24,090 bases of DNA from a virus (lineage: Duplodnaviria > Caudoviricetes): the IMG/VR virus record IMGVR_UViG_3300044999_000111, positions 1-24,090 of that record, one strand, 5' to 3'. Below the pieces are notes generated by a model. That model saw nothing but the letters and a program-made list of their open reading frames with translations, did not search any database and was not told the DNA's origin. The position numbers were made by a program, and so were the translations under genes. Shown one piece after another: positions 7,150-15,904 of this stretch. The first letter of the stretch is position 1. Each line of letters opens with the position of its first letter.

Positions 7150-7596
7150 ATGACCACGGTCACCCGCGAACAGATTTCCGTTGCCTTCTTCGATCTCATC
7201 AAAGGCGCGGCGAGTTTCACGGCGAAGAGCCGGCGCTTCGTGCATTGGGATCAGGTCAACGAGACGCAGATGCCGTTTCTGACCATGCTCAAGACCGGCG
7301 AGGTGCGCGGCCGGCAGAGCGAGGGTTTGCCGACGCTCACTATCAATGCCCACGTGTTCGTCTATCTCTCAGCCGGGATGGATCCGGAGGATACGCCGGA
7401 TACCGCCATGAATGCGCTGCTTGATGCCGTCGATGCCGCGGTCGTCCCGAGCGGGGCCGACGCGGTGAACGGCAACAAACAAACGCTCGGCGGCCTCGTC
7501 GCTCATTGTTATTCGTTCGGCCCGGTGTTCATCGATACCGGCGACGTCGACGGCAAGGCGGTCGCCGCGATTCCGTTCCAGATTTTGGTGCCGTAA
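7150..7596 (+). CDS. Probable tail terminator/completion protein
   Basis: 148 aa immediately before the tail tube; TREQI...P.L...LLDAVDAA...TLGGLV pattern; GAGG RBS. Confidence 0.7.
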   Translation: MTTVTREQISVAFFDLIKGAASFTAKSRRFVHWDQVNETQMPFLTMLKTGEVRGRQSEGLPTLTINAHVFVYLSAGMDPEDTPDTAMNALLDAVDAAVVPSGADAVNGNKQTLGGLVAHCYSFGPVFIDTGDVDGKAVAAIPFQILVP

Positions 7597-7606
7597 CCGC
7601 ACCGCA

Positions 7607-7699
7607 AATGGCGAGCGGCGAATAGCGTGTAGGTGAGGGGTTTTGTTCTCTCCAAGCGCCATTCGCCATTCGTCATTCGCTTTTCGCCCATCCCCCATT
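7607..7699. repeat. Heptamer tandem inverted repeat (hairpin)
   Basis: Left arm AATGGCG AGCGGCG AATAGCG; right arm CGCCATT CGCCATT CGTCATT CGCTTTT CGCCCAT. CGCCATT is the reverse complement of AATGGCG. Confidence 0.8.
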
Positions 7700-7727
7700 T
7701 CCAAAACTCTGACCAGGAGACACATCC

Positions 7728-8468
7728 ATGACCCAATACGCCTTCGGCTCCGGCACGCTGATCGGCAAGCGCACCGATGTCGCCAATACGCCGCCCGCGC
7801 TGCTCGGCACGCTGGAATCGGTTTCGCTCGATTTCGACCGCAAGGTCGAGTTCCTGCTCGGCCAGTACAATATGCCGGTTGCGGCCGGCGGCGGCGAGTT
7901 CAAGATCGCCGGCAAGGCGAAATACGCGCGCCTGCAGGCGAACCAGATCAACAATCTGTTCCTCGGCCAGACCTTGGCCGCCAACAGCATGCTGGAAATG
8001 ACCACGGGCGAGACCGACACGGTCGCATCAGGCGCCGTGACCGTCGTCAACAGCGGCACCTTCGCCGAGGATTACGGCGTGTTCTATGCCACAAGCGGCG
8101 CGCAACTCGCGCCGGTGGCGTCATCGCCGGCGCAGGGTCAATACAGCGTGGCGGGCGGCATCTACAGCTTTAATACCGCCGACAACGGCGCGGCGGTGCT
8201 GATCTATTACACTTACAATGTCTCCTCCGGGAACAAGATCAGCCTCACCAACCAGCTCACTGGCCCAATGCCGACGTTTGAAATCTCGTTGAAGGAAACC
8301 TTCAACTATTTCGGCGTTGCCAAGGATTTGGTGGTGAAGCTCAACGCCTGCGTCTCGCCGAAGCTATCGCTGCCGTTCGCCAACCAGAAATTCACCGTCG
8401 CCGAGTTCGATTTCCAGGCCATTGCGGACGCGTCGAACAATATCGGCAGCATCAGCTTGAGCGAATAG
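7728..8468 (+). CDS. Major tail (tube) protein
   Basis: 246 aa, beta-rich (YAFGSGTL...SVSLDF...EFDFQAIAD), AGGAG RBS, located before the chaperones and tape measure. Confidence 0.82.
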   Translation: MTQYAFGSGTLIGKRTDVANTPPALLGTLESVSLDFDRKVEFLLGQYNMPVAAGGGEFKIAGKAKYARLQANQINNLFLGQTLAANSMLEMTTGETDTVASGAVTVVNSGTFAEDYGVFYATSGAQLAPVASSPAQGQYSVAGGIYSFNTADNGAAVLIYYTYNVSSGNKISLTNQLTGPMPTFEISLKETFNYFGVAKDLVVKLNACVSPKLSLPFANQKFTVAEFDFQAIADASNNIGSISLSE

Positions 8469-8479
8469 GGAGATGCCGC

Positions 8480-8872
8480 ATGAGCCTCGAGCGTGACGAA
8501 TCCATCGATCTTGCGACGGCGCGCCCGGTGCGGCTCGCCGGCCGGGATTTCCACGTAGCGCCGCTGTCGCTGCGGCAGATCCTCGCCATTGCCGATTACG
8601 TGCCGAAACTGTCGGGCATCGGCATGGACAATCTGTCCGGCGAGCGGCTTGCGCCGCTGGCCGAGGTGCTGTGGCACGGCCTGCGCCGCGCCCATCCGCG
8701 ACTGACCCATGACGAGTTTTTCGATCTGCCTATCACCATCGCCGAGCTCGTCGCGGCATTGCCGGTCGTCATCGAGCAGGCCGGCGGCAGAAAGGTCGAT
8801 GCCGTGGGGGAAATTTCGGCGACGAGCGCTTTGACGCCTTCGACTGGCGGGCCCTCGTCGCCGACCTCGTGA
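8480..8872 (+). CDS. Tail assembly chaperone (lambda gpG equivalent)
   Basis: 130 aa between tube and tape measure, with GGGGGAA near its 3' end. Confidence 0.75.
   Translation: MSLERDESIDLATARPVRLAGRDFHVAPLSLRQILAIADYVPKLSGIGMDNLSGERLAPLAEVLWHGLRRAHPRLTHDEFFDLPITIAELVAALPVVIEQAGGRKVDAVGEISATSALTPSTGGPSSPTS
8806..8812 (+). promoter_or_regulatory. Putative programmed -1 ribosomal frameshift site GGGGGAA
   Basis: Codons GTG GGG GAA. The -1 frame is open from here (GNFGDERFDAFDWRALVADLVIELNW...) to the stop at 9069. Confidence 0.75.
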
Positions 8873-9069
8873 TCGAGCTCAACTGGACGCGCGATCAGGT
8901 TTTGGACCAGGTCGACGTTTTCTTTCTCGAAGACCTGCATCGCGCCTGGGCGGATTGTCCGTCGCTGCGGCGGCTGTTCGCTGCGTATCTCGGCCATAAG
9001 CCGCCGGCGAAATTGTCGAAGAACTATCACGACCTGCTCGCCATGTTCCCGACTGGAACCATCAAGTGA
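8806..9069 (+). CDS. Tail assembly chaperone frameshift extension (gpGT equivalent)
   Basis: The track ORF 8869-9069 is in the -1 frame relative to 8480 and extends upstream without a stop to the slippery site. Confidence 0.7.
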   Translation, partial: GGNFGDERFDAFDWRALVADLVIELNWTRDQVLDQVDVFFLEDLHRAWADCPSLRRLFAAYLGHKPPAKLSKNYHDLLAMFPTGTIK

Positions 9070-9087
9070 ACCGCCGAGGCAATCCCC

Positions 9088-10308
9088 ATGGCCGACGATA
9101 ATCGGGTTGAGATTCAATTCGGCGCCAATACCGACGAAGCGTTGGCCGGCATTGCGCAAGTGAAAGACTCGCTCCTGGGGTTGACTGCGCCGATCAAGGA
9201 TGTCGGCGCCTCGTTCGACCGCCTGGGTGAAACGTTCGGAGCGGCATTTCCGGTGGAGCGGATCGCCGAGTCCGTGAGGGGGGTGGCGGATTTTGGTGCG
9301 GCGGCGCAGCGCGCCGCGTCGCAAACGAAGGCGATAGGCAACGAAATCAAGCTGCTGCAACAGGGCCTCGCGCAAAAAAAGATCCTCATCGATGCCGAGG
9401 CCAAACAATATCAGATAACGCAAGATCAGAAATACGCGCTGCTGGAAGCAGCGACGGAAAAGGAATTCGAGGCGCAGCGCGCTGTCCTGCAAAATGCGAT
9501 GATGGCCGACAACGCCACTTTGGCGAGCAAGCAGGCTCTTAAGGCCAAGATCGCTTTGCTTGAGGCAAAGCACACGACAGACATGCTCAAGCTCGATGAG
9601 CAATCGATCGCCGCCCAACAGGCACTCTGGACCGGCTATCTTTCGAACGTGACCGGGGCGTTCAATTCGCAACTTCGCGGCCTCCTTGAAGGAACCACCA
9701 CGTGGAAAAAGGCGTCGGTCAAGATCTTGGAGGACTTGACCGTCAAGTTCATCGAGACGGCCGAGTCAACGGTCGTCAAATGGCTGGCGGCTGAAATAGC
9801 CAAGACGACAGCGACAACAAGCGGTACCGCGGCCCGGGTGGCGGCCGAGCAGGGTGCGGCGAGCGCCGGCATTTTCACGACCATAACCGACGCGCTTAAG
9901 TCTATTTTCGCCTCAGGCGGCAAGACCGCGGCCGAAGTGTCGGCCGCAGTCGCGCCCGAGGCCGGTCCCGCTGCGCCGGCGATCGGCCTGGCGGCGGGTG
10001 GTGCGATCATAGCCGGCGCTACCGGATTTATCGCCAGCGCGGACGTCGGCACCGACTACGTCGTGCGCAGCGGCCTCGCTGTCATCCATCAGGGCGAAAA
10101 GATCATTCCGTCGGCGAAGACGTCGGGACCGTTCACCGGCGCCGGCATGGCCGGCACCGTTCACGCCCCGGTGAGCGTCAATATCTCGGCCTTGGATTCG
10201 CGAAGCGTCGAACGCTTCTTCCACGACAACGCCAAACACATGATCCGCGCCATCAACAACGGCATCAAGAGCGGCGCCCATCTCGGGCTGCGCGGCGCGC
10301 GGGCATGA
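9088..10308 (+). CDS. Tape measure protein (short, 406 aa)
   Basis: Ala-rich helical sequence following the chaperones; C-terminal DVGTDYV...AVIHQGEKIIP and VNISALDSRS motifs typical of TMP ends. Confidence 0.85.
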   Translation: MADDNRVEIQFGANTDEALAGIAQVKDSLLGLTAPIKDVGASFDRLGETFGAAFPVERIAESVRGVADFGAAAQRAASQTKAIGNEIKLLQQGLAQKKILIDAEAKQYQITQDQKYALLEAATEKEFEAQRAVLQNAMMADNATLASKQALKAKIALLEAKHTTDMLKLDEQSIAAQQALWTGYLSNVTGAFNSQLRGLLEGTTTWKKASVKILEDLTVKFIETAESTVVKWLAAEIAKTTATTSGTAARVAAEQGAASAGIFTTITDALKSIFASGGKTAAEVSAAVAPEAGPAAPAIGLAAGGAIIAGATGFIASADVGTDYVVRSGLAVIHQGEKIIPSAKTSGPFTGAGMAGTVHAPVSVNISALDSRSVERFFHDNAKHMIRAINNGIKSGAHLGLRGARA

Positions 10309-10323
10309 CAGGAGTGAAACACC

Positions 10324-10944
10324 ATGACGACGCCGCCTTCGCTCCCGACATTGCCGGGGCTGGCCTGGTCGCGCCGCAAGAAGCCCGCGTTCAACACGCG
10401 CATCGCCTCGCATGCGTCGGGCCGCGAGGTGCGCGTCGCGCTGATGAACTATCCGCTTTACGAGTTCGAGGCGACCTATGGCCTCACGTCGTCGGCGAGT
10501 GGATTTGCCGGGCTCGGCGCGTCGAGCCTGCAAAACCTGATGGGCTTTTTCCTGCAGCTGCAGGGCCAGTTCGGCACGTTTCTCTATACCGATCCGGACG
10601 ATAATTCCGTGACCGGCCAAGGCATCGGCATCGGCGACGGCGCGACGACCGCCTTCACCTTCGCCCGCGCGCTCGGCGGCTTCGCCGAACCGGTCGGCTG
10701 GGTCACCGCGGTCTCGCATGTCTATCTCAATGGCACGCCGCAATCGGGCGGCAGCTATGGCCTGACGATGCCGAACACGCTGACCTTCACGGCGCCGCCC
10801 GGCGCCGGCGTCGTGGTGTCCACCGACTTCTCTTTTGCCTTCCAGTGCCGGTTCGTCGACGACCAGATGGAATTCGAGGAATTCATGTCGAACCTGTGGA
10901 AGCTCGAAAGCATGAAATTCCGCAGCGTGAAGAGCGGGCAGTAA
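10324..10944 (+). CDS. DUF2460-family distal tail protein (RcGTA g12-like)
   Basis: PAFNTRI...SGREVR...FF...GQFGTFLYTDPDD...GIGDGATTAF...FQCRF motifs. Confidence 0.85.
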   Translation: MTTPPSLPTLPGLAWSRRKKPAFNTRIASHASGREVRVALMNYPLYEFEATYGLTSSASGFAGLGASSLQNLMGFFLQLQGQFGTFLYTDPDDNSVTGQGIGIGDGATTAFTFARALGGFAEPVGWVTAVSHVYLNGTPQSGGSYGLTMPNTLTFTAPPGAGVVVSTDFSFAFQCRFVDDQMEFEEFMSNLWKLESMKFRSVKSGQ

Positions 10945-10945
10945 G

Positions 10946-11833
10946 ATGAAGCCCGCACCAACTGCGCTCATCTCGTATCTCAACGCGGCGCGCACCAGCG
11001 CGGATGCGCAGTTGCTGATGGCAGACGCATTTTTGTTCACGCTGCAAGGCGGCGCAACGCTCGCCTATACCAACATCGACGTGACTTTCACCTATGCGGG
11101 CGTCACCTATCTGGCGAATTCCATCCTGGTCGACGGCCTCAAATACAAGGCCGCGGTCGGGCTCGAGGCCGACCAGCAACAGATCACCGTCGCGGCGCGC
11201 TCGACCGATACCATCGCCGGCGGGGCGCCGTTTCTGCAGGCTTTGCGCGACGGGTCGTTCGACGGCTGCGAGATCGTGCGCTATCGGGTGTTTTTCTCCG
11301 ACCGGCTGGGCGGCATGGCGATCGGCGCGGCGATGCTGTTCAAGGGACGGCTCGGCAATATCGATGAGATCGGCCGCACTTCGGCAAAGCTGACTGTCAA
11401 TTCCGATCTGGTGCTGCTCGACATCGACATGCCGCGCAACATGTACCAGCCGACCTGCCTGCACACGCTTTACGATGGCGGGTGCAAGCTCAGCAAGACG
11501 TCGACATCGCCGTCGTTCAGCAGTAGCGGAACGGTCGGCGCCGGATCGACGGCCTCGATCATCTATTGGCCCGGCGCCAATGCCAGTTTTGCGCAAGGCA
11601 CGATCACGTTCACGTTCGGCGTTCTCGCCGGCGTGACGGCGACGGTCGGTTCGGTGGTGAACGGCTCCTCGTTGAACCTCATTAATCCGCTGCAGAGCGT
11701 GCCGGCGCCCGGCGACGGCTTCACGGTTTATTTCGGCTGCGATCACACGCTGACGACGTGTCAGGCGAAGTTCAACAATCTGGTCAATTTTCGCGGCTTT
11801 CCCTACGTGCCGCCGCCACAAATGGCGATATAG
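10946..11833 (+). CDS. DUF2163/BR0599-family baseplate hub protein (RcGTA g13-like)
   Basis: YQPTCLHTLYDGGC and GCDHTLTTCQAKFNNLVNFRGFPYVP Cys cluster. Confidence 0.9.
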   Translation: MKPAPTALISYLNAARTSADAQLLMADAFLFTLQGGATLAYTNIDVTFTYAGVTYLANSILVDGLKYKAAVGLEADQQQITVAARSTDTIAGGAPFLQALRDGSFDGCEIVRYRVFFSDRLGGMAIGAAMLFKGRLGNIDEIGRTSAKLTVNSDLVLLDIDMPRNMYQPTCLHTLYDGGCKLSKTSTSPSFSSSGTVGAGSTASIIYWPGANASFAQGTITFTFGVLAGVTATVGSVVNGSSLNLINPLQSVPAPGDGFTVYFGCDHTLTTCQAKFNNLVNFRGFPYVPPPQMAI

Positions 11834-11917
11834 CAGAGGACGGACGACAGATGACGGACGACGGAAAGCAGATGGACGATGATTATCCGTCGCCCGTCGT
11901 CTGCCTTCCGTCGTCCG
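11834..11917. repeat. Heptamer tandem inverted repeat overlapping the NlpC/P60 start
   Basis: Left arm CAGAGGA CGGACGA CAGATGA CGGACGA CGGAAAG CAGATGG; right arm TTATCCG TCGCCCG TCGTCTG CCTTCCG TCGTCCG. TCGTCCG is the reverse complement of CGGACGA. Confidence 0.8.
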
Positions 11918-12375
11918 GCTCGCAACGCGCGGCCGTTGTCGCCGCGGCGCGGTCGTGGATCGGCACGCCCTACCACAATTGCGCCGATATCAAGGGTGTC
12001 GGCGTCGATTGCGGCATGCTGCTGGTGCGAATCTTCGTCGACCTGAATCTGTGCCCACCGTTCGATCCGCGGCCTTATCCGGTGGACTGGCATCTGCATC
12101 GCAGCGAAGAGCGCTATCTCGGCTTCATCTTCGATCGCGGCGCCGAAGTGGTGCAGCCGCTGCCGGGCGACGTCATGGTGTTCCGTTATGGCCGTTGTTA
12201 CTCGCACGGCGGCATCGTCACCGCGGTAGCGCCGTTGCGCATGGTTCACGCCTACCACCAGGCGGGAATGGTCATCGAGGACGAAATTTTGCGCAACGCC
12301 GTTCTTGCCGATCCGGTGCGTAAGCCGCTTTTTTTCAGCATCTGGGCCAAAAAAAGCGGCAACAAGAAATCATGA
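11851..12375 (+). CDS. NlpC/P60 tail-associated peptidase (RcGTA g14-like); start uncertain (11851 or 11872)
   Basis: AARSWIGTPY...GVDCGML...PGDVMVF...SHGGI...MVHA, carrying the catalytic Cys/His/His. Confidence 0.9.
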   Translation: MTDDGKQMDDDYPSPVVCLPSSGSQRAAVVAAARSWIGTPYHNCADIKGVGVDCGMLLVRIFVDLNLCPPFDPRPYPVDWHLHRSEERYLGFIFDRGAEVVQPLPGDVMVFRYGRCYSHGGIVTAVAPLRMVHAYHQAGMVIEDEILRNAVLADPVRKPLFFSIWAKKSGNKKS

Positions 12376-12384
12376 GCGCAGGCC

Positions 12385-15300
12385 ATGAGCATATTCCGCA
12401 GCGGCGGATCACAACCAGCATCGACGCCGGACTATACCGGCCTGCAAATCCAGACCGCGGTCTCGGCGCTGCCGATCCCGATCGTGTGGGGAACCAGCAA
12501 GCTCGCGCCGAACGTCATCTGGTATGCCAACTTCAAGGCGATCGCGGCCGGTAGCAGCGGCGGCGGCGGAAAAGGACTCTTCAACAGCGGCAGCGGCAAC
12601 AGCAACACCGGCCAATACGACTATAAGGCCGACGTCATCCTGGCGATCTGCGAAGGGCCGATCACGGGCATCGGGGATGTTTGGCGCGGACAGTCGACGA
12701 CGTCGCTCGGCGCGCTCGGGCTGTCGCTGTTTCTCGGCGGCACGCCGCAACTTGTCTGGTCCTATCTCTCCACGCCGGCCGCCACCAGTTCGATCGTGGG
12801 GATCCTCGCCGATATCCAGCCGACGCTCGGCGAAGCGGCGTTATTGGGTCAGGTCGCGCTGACCTATCAGGGCACAGCTTATGTTGCCGCTGCGCAATAC
12901 GACCTGTCCAGCAGTGCGACGCTCGACAACCACAATTTCGAGGTTTTGGGATTTCTCTGGGCCACCGGCCATGGGCAGACGCCCTATACCGACGTTCCGG
13001 GCACGACGGCAATTTTCGTCGATGCCGATCCGGCGCAGGTCGTCTCCGACTTCCTGACCAATCCGCAATATGGCGTCGGCTTCCCGGCGGCTTCGATCGA
13101 CACGACGTCGCTGATCGGCTCCGGCGGCGACGCGTCGTACCAGACCTATTGCCGCGCGGTCGGCCTGGCGTTCAGCCCGGCGCTCACCGACGCCGAGGCG
13201 GCATCGGGCATTCTCAATCGCTGGCTGCAGCTGACCAATACGGCTGCCGTCTGGTCGGGCGGCCTGCTGCGCTTCATTCCCTATGGCGACACGGCGGTGA
13301 CCGGCAACGGCGTGACGTTTAATCCGAACGTGACGCCGATCTACGATCTCGGCGACGACGACTACATCGTCGAGAACAATGCCGACCCGCTCACGGTGTC
13401 GCGCACCGATCCTTATCAGGCCTACAACGTCTGGCGCGTGGAATGCGCCGATCGCAACAATGCCTACAACCTCACCCCGGTCGAAGCGCGCGATCAGAAC
13501 GCCATCGAGCTGACCAGCCAAAACCTCGGCGGCGGCCGCGGCGAGCGCATTGCGCCAACCGTCACGGCGCACGAAATCTGCGACACCGGCGTGGCCCTGA
13601 TCACGGCGCAGCTGATGCTGCAGCGCGCGGTCTATATCCGCAACACCTACAAGTTCCGCCTGTCGTGGGAATATTGCCTGCTCGATCCCATGGACCTGGT
13701 GACGGTCACCGACACTGTGCTCGGCCTCAACAAGACGCCGATCCGCATCACCAATATCGAGGAGAACGAGAACGGCTATCTGGAGATCACCGCGGAAGAG
13801 TTTCCACTCGGCTATGCAACGGCGACAAAATACGCGACGACCTCGGTCATCAATGTGCCGAACGACCGCAACGCCGATCCGGGTTCGGTCGCCGACGTCC
13901 TTATCTTCGAGCCGACCGACCAGCTGGGCGGCGGCCTCAAGATCATGGCGGGCGCGTGCAGCGTTAATCCGCTGTGGGGCGGCTGCAATATCTGGCTGTC
14001 CTATCAACAGGATGGCAACTACAGCCAAATCGGCACGGTCACGGCCGGCGCCCGCATCGGCGTCATCACCGCTGACCTGCCAGCCGTCGGCGTCAGCGTC
14101 ACCGGGCAGACCATCGACCAGGTCCATACGCTGGCGGTCGATCTGACTGAAAGCGCGGGCGTGCTGTCGTCCGGCACCCAAGCCGATGCCACGGCGCTGA
14201 ACAACCGCTGCTATGTCGGCGGCGAGATTATCTCCTACGAAACTGCGACGCTCACGGCCGCGAACAAGTACAATCTCAGTTATCTGGTGCGCGGCGCCTA
14301 TGGCACGGAAGACCAGATCGTCGACCATCCGACCGGTACCAAATTCGCCCGCATCGATGGCGCGTTTTTCTCCTACCCCTACGATCAAAGCCGCATCGGC
14401 GACACGGTCTATCTGAAGTTCCAGAGCTTCAACGTCTACGGCGGCGGCACCCAATCGCTCGCCGACTGCACCGCGTTCGCTTACACGATCACCGGAGCGG
14501 CGCTGGCTTCCCCACTGCCCGACGTCAGCGACCTCTACACCAACTATGAGGCCGGATTCCAGAAGATCTACTGGGACGAGATCGATGATTTTCGCAACGG
14601 CATTCTCTACGAAGTCCGCCAGGGCGATGCCTGGGATAACGCTCAGTTCATCCGCTCGCAGGCGCATCCGCCGTTCATCGCGCAAGGCAACGGCACCTTC
14701 CTGATCAAAGCGCGCTGTCAGCCGGTCGCGGGGCTGACGGTCTATAGCGAGAATGCGTCGGCGATCGAGATTTCCGGTAACCAGCTTTCGCTCAACCTGC
14801 TCGCCGGCTTCGACGAAAAGGCGACCGGCTGGACCGGCACGTTCCAGAACGGCATCGGCGTCGATGCCGGAAACTTGAGGCTTGGCGGCGCCGGGAATAT
14901 CCTCGGCGCCAATCCGCTGCTGCAATCGGCGGTGACCGACGCTGCGACCACAAGCGGCGACGTTTTGTCGTTCGGCTATCTGCCGTCGGATGTTGCGGTC
15001 GGCATGGCGGTCGCCGATACCACGACGGCCGGCGTCATCCCGGCGCTCGCGACCGTCACTGCGATCAACTACAACGCCATCGATTATGGCCCAGTCGTGG
15101 GCACGGTGGCAGCAGACTTCGATTACGGTGCGGTTACAGCCTCGGCCACGACCGATGTCGATTATGGTGCCATCACCGGCACGTTGGCTACGGTCACCAT
15201 CAGCGCGCCGGTTGCCGGCGTTCTGTCCGGCGACACCATCGTGTTCTCAATTCCGGATGTGCTCGACTTCGGCGGCGTGATCACCGATACGTCGGTCTAC

Positions 15301-15903
15301 TACACCATCCCGGCGGCGCACATCGTCAATGCCGGATCGGTGGTGCAGGCCTCGGTGAACGCGTCGACGCAGATCCAGGGCGTGCCGGTCGGCCAGAATG
15401 TTCTTGCCGACGCCGACGTCCTGACCGATCCCGATATTCTCGGCTCGGCCTCGACCCAATATGTCGACGGCTGGATCGAAATCGCGCTGTCGCAGGACGG
15501 TTCGACATTTGGGGCGTGGCAAAAGTTCGTGCCCGGCGTGTTTCCGGCGATGGCATGGAATTTTCGGCTGGCTCTGCAATCGAGCGATCCAAACACCATC
15601 GCCGAGGCATTGGCGTTCAATTTCACGGTGCAGCTGCCGTCGCGCATCGATCATTATCAGCAACAAACGGTGCCAAGTGGCGGCCTCACCATCGCCTTCC
15701 AGCGCGACGGCACCACGGCGCCGGCGGCGTTTAACGGCGGGCCGGGCAGCGCGGATCTGCCCTATGTGAGCGTGTCGTGGCAGCCGACGGCGGGGGATCA
15801 ATACAGCATCAGCGCCTTGTCGCTGTCGCACCTGACAATTCGTTTCAGCAACGCCGGCTTTGTCGAGCGTGACAACGTCAACATAACGGTCGAGGGATTT
15901 TGA
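12385..15903 (+). CDS. Large tail tip/host-specificity protein (gpJ/RcGTA g15-like)
   Basis: 1172 aa with PIPIVWG...NVIW, AICEGPI, YQGTAY, DADPA, LDPMDLVTV and LVRGAYGT motifs; follows NlpC/P60. Confidence 0.85.
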   Translation: MSIFRSGGSQPASTPDYTGLQIQTAVSALPIPIVWGTSKLAPNVIWYANFKAIAAGSSGGGGKGLFNSGSGNSNTGQYDYKADVILAICEGPITGIGDVWRGQSTTSLGALGLSLFLGGTPQLVWSYLSTPAATSSIVGILADIQPTLGEAALLGQVALTYQGTAYVAAAQYDLSSSATLDNHNFEVLGFLWATGHGQTPYTDVPGTTAIFVDADPAQVVSDFLTNPQYGVGFPAASIDTTSLIGSGGDASYQTYCRAVGLAFSPALTDAEAASGILNRWLQLTNTAAVWSGGLLRFIPYGDTAVTGNGVTFNPNVTPIYDLGDDDYIVENNADPLTVSRTDPYQAYNVWRVECADRNNAYNLTPVEARDQNAIELTSQNLGGGRGERIAPTVTAHEICDTGVALITAQLMLQRAVYIRNTYKFRLSWEYCLLDPMDLVTVTDTVLGLNKTPIRITNIEENENGYLEITAEEFPLGYATATKYATTSVINVPNDRNADPGSVADVLIFEPTDQLGGGLKIMAGACSVNPLWGGCNIWLSYQQDGNYSQIGTVTAGARIGVITADLPAVGVSVTGQTIDQVHTLAVDLTESAGVLSSGTQADATALNNRCYVGGEIISYETATLTAANKYNLSYLVRGAYGTEDQIVDHPTGTKFARIDGAFFSYPYDQSRIGDTVYLKFQSFNVYGGGTQSLADCTAFAYTITGAALASPLPDVSDLYTNYEAGFQKIYWDEIDDFRNGILYEVRQGDAWDNAQFIRSQAHPPFIAQGNGTFLIKARCQPVAGLTVYSENASAIEISGNQLSLNLLAGFDEKATGWTGTFQNGIGVDAGNLRLGGAGNILGANPLLQSAVTDAATTSGDVLSFGYLPSDVAVGMAVADTTTAGVIPALATVTAINYNAIDYGPVVGTVAADFDYGAVTASATTDVDYGAITGTLATVTISAPVAGVLSGDTIVFSIPDVLDFGGVITDTSVYYTIPAAHIVNAGSVVQASVNASTQIQGVPVGQNVLADADVLTDPDILGSASTQYVDGWIEIALSQDGSTFGAWQKFVPGVFPAMAWNFRLALQSSDPNTIAEALAFNFTVQLPSRIDHYQQQTVPSGGLTIAFQRDGTTAPAAFNGGPGSADLPYVSVSWQPTAGDQYSISALSLSHLTIRFSNAGFVERDNVNITVEGF

Positions 15904-15904
15904 C

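Noticed and set aside
7607-11917. Short repeats as a CRISPR array
   Set aside because: They are 7-nt tandem units in inverted arms without unique spacers, and there are no cas genes.
12841-14925. 694-aa minus-strand ORF and other long antisense ORFs (e.g. 8596-9672, 9913-11040, 10883-11821)
   Set aside because: They shadow well-supported + strand genes, as expected from high-GC codon bias, and show no recognisable motifs.
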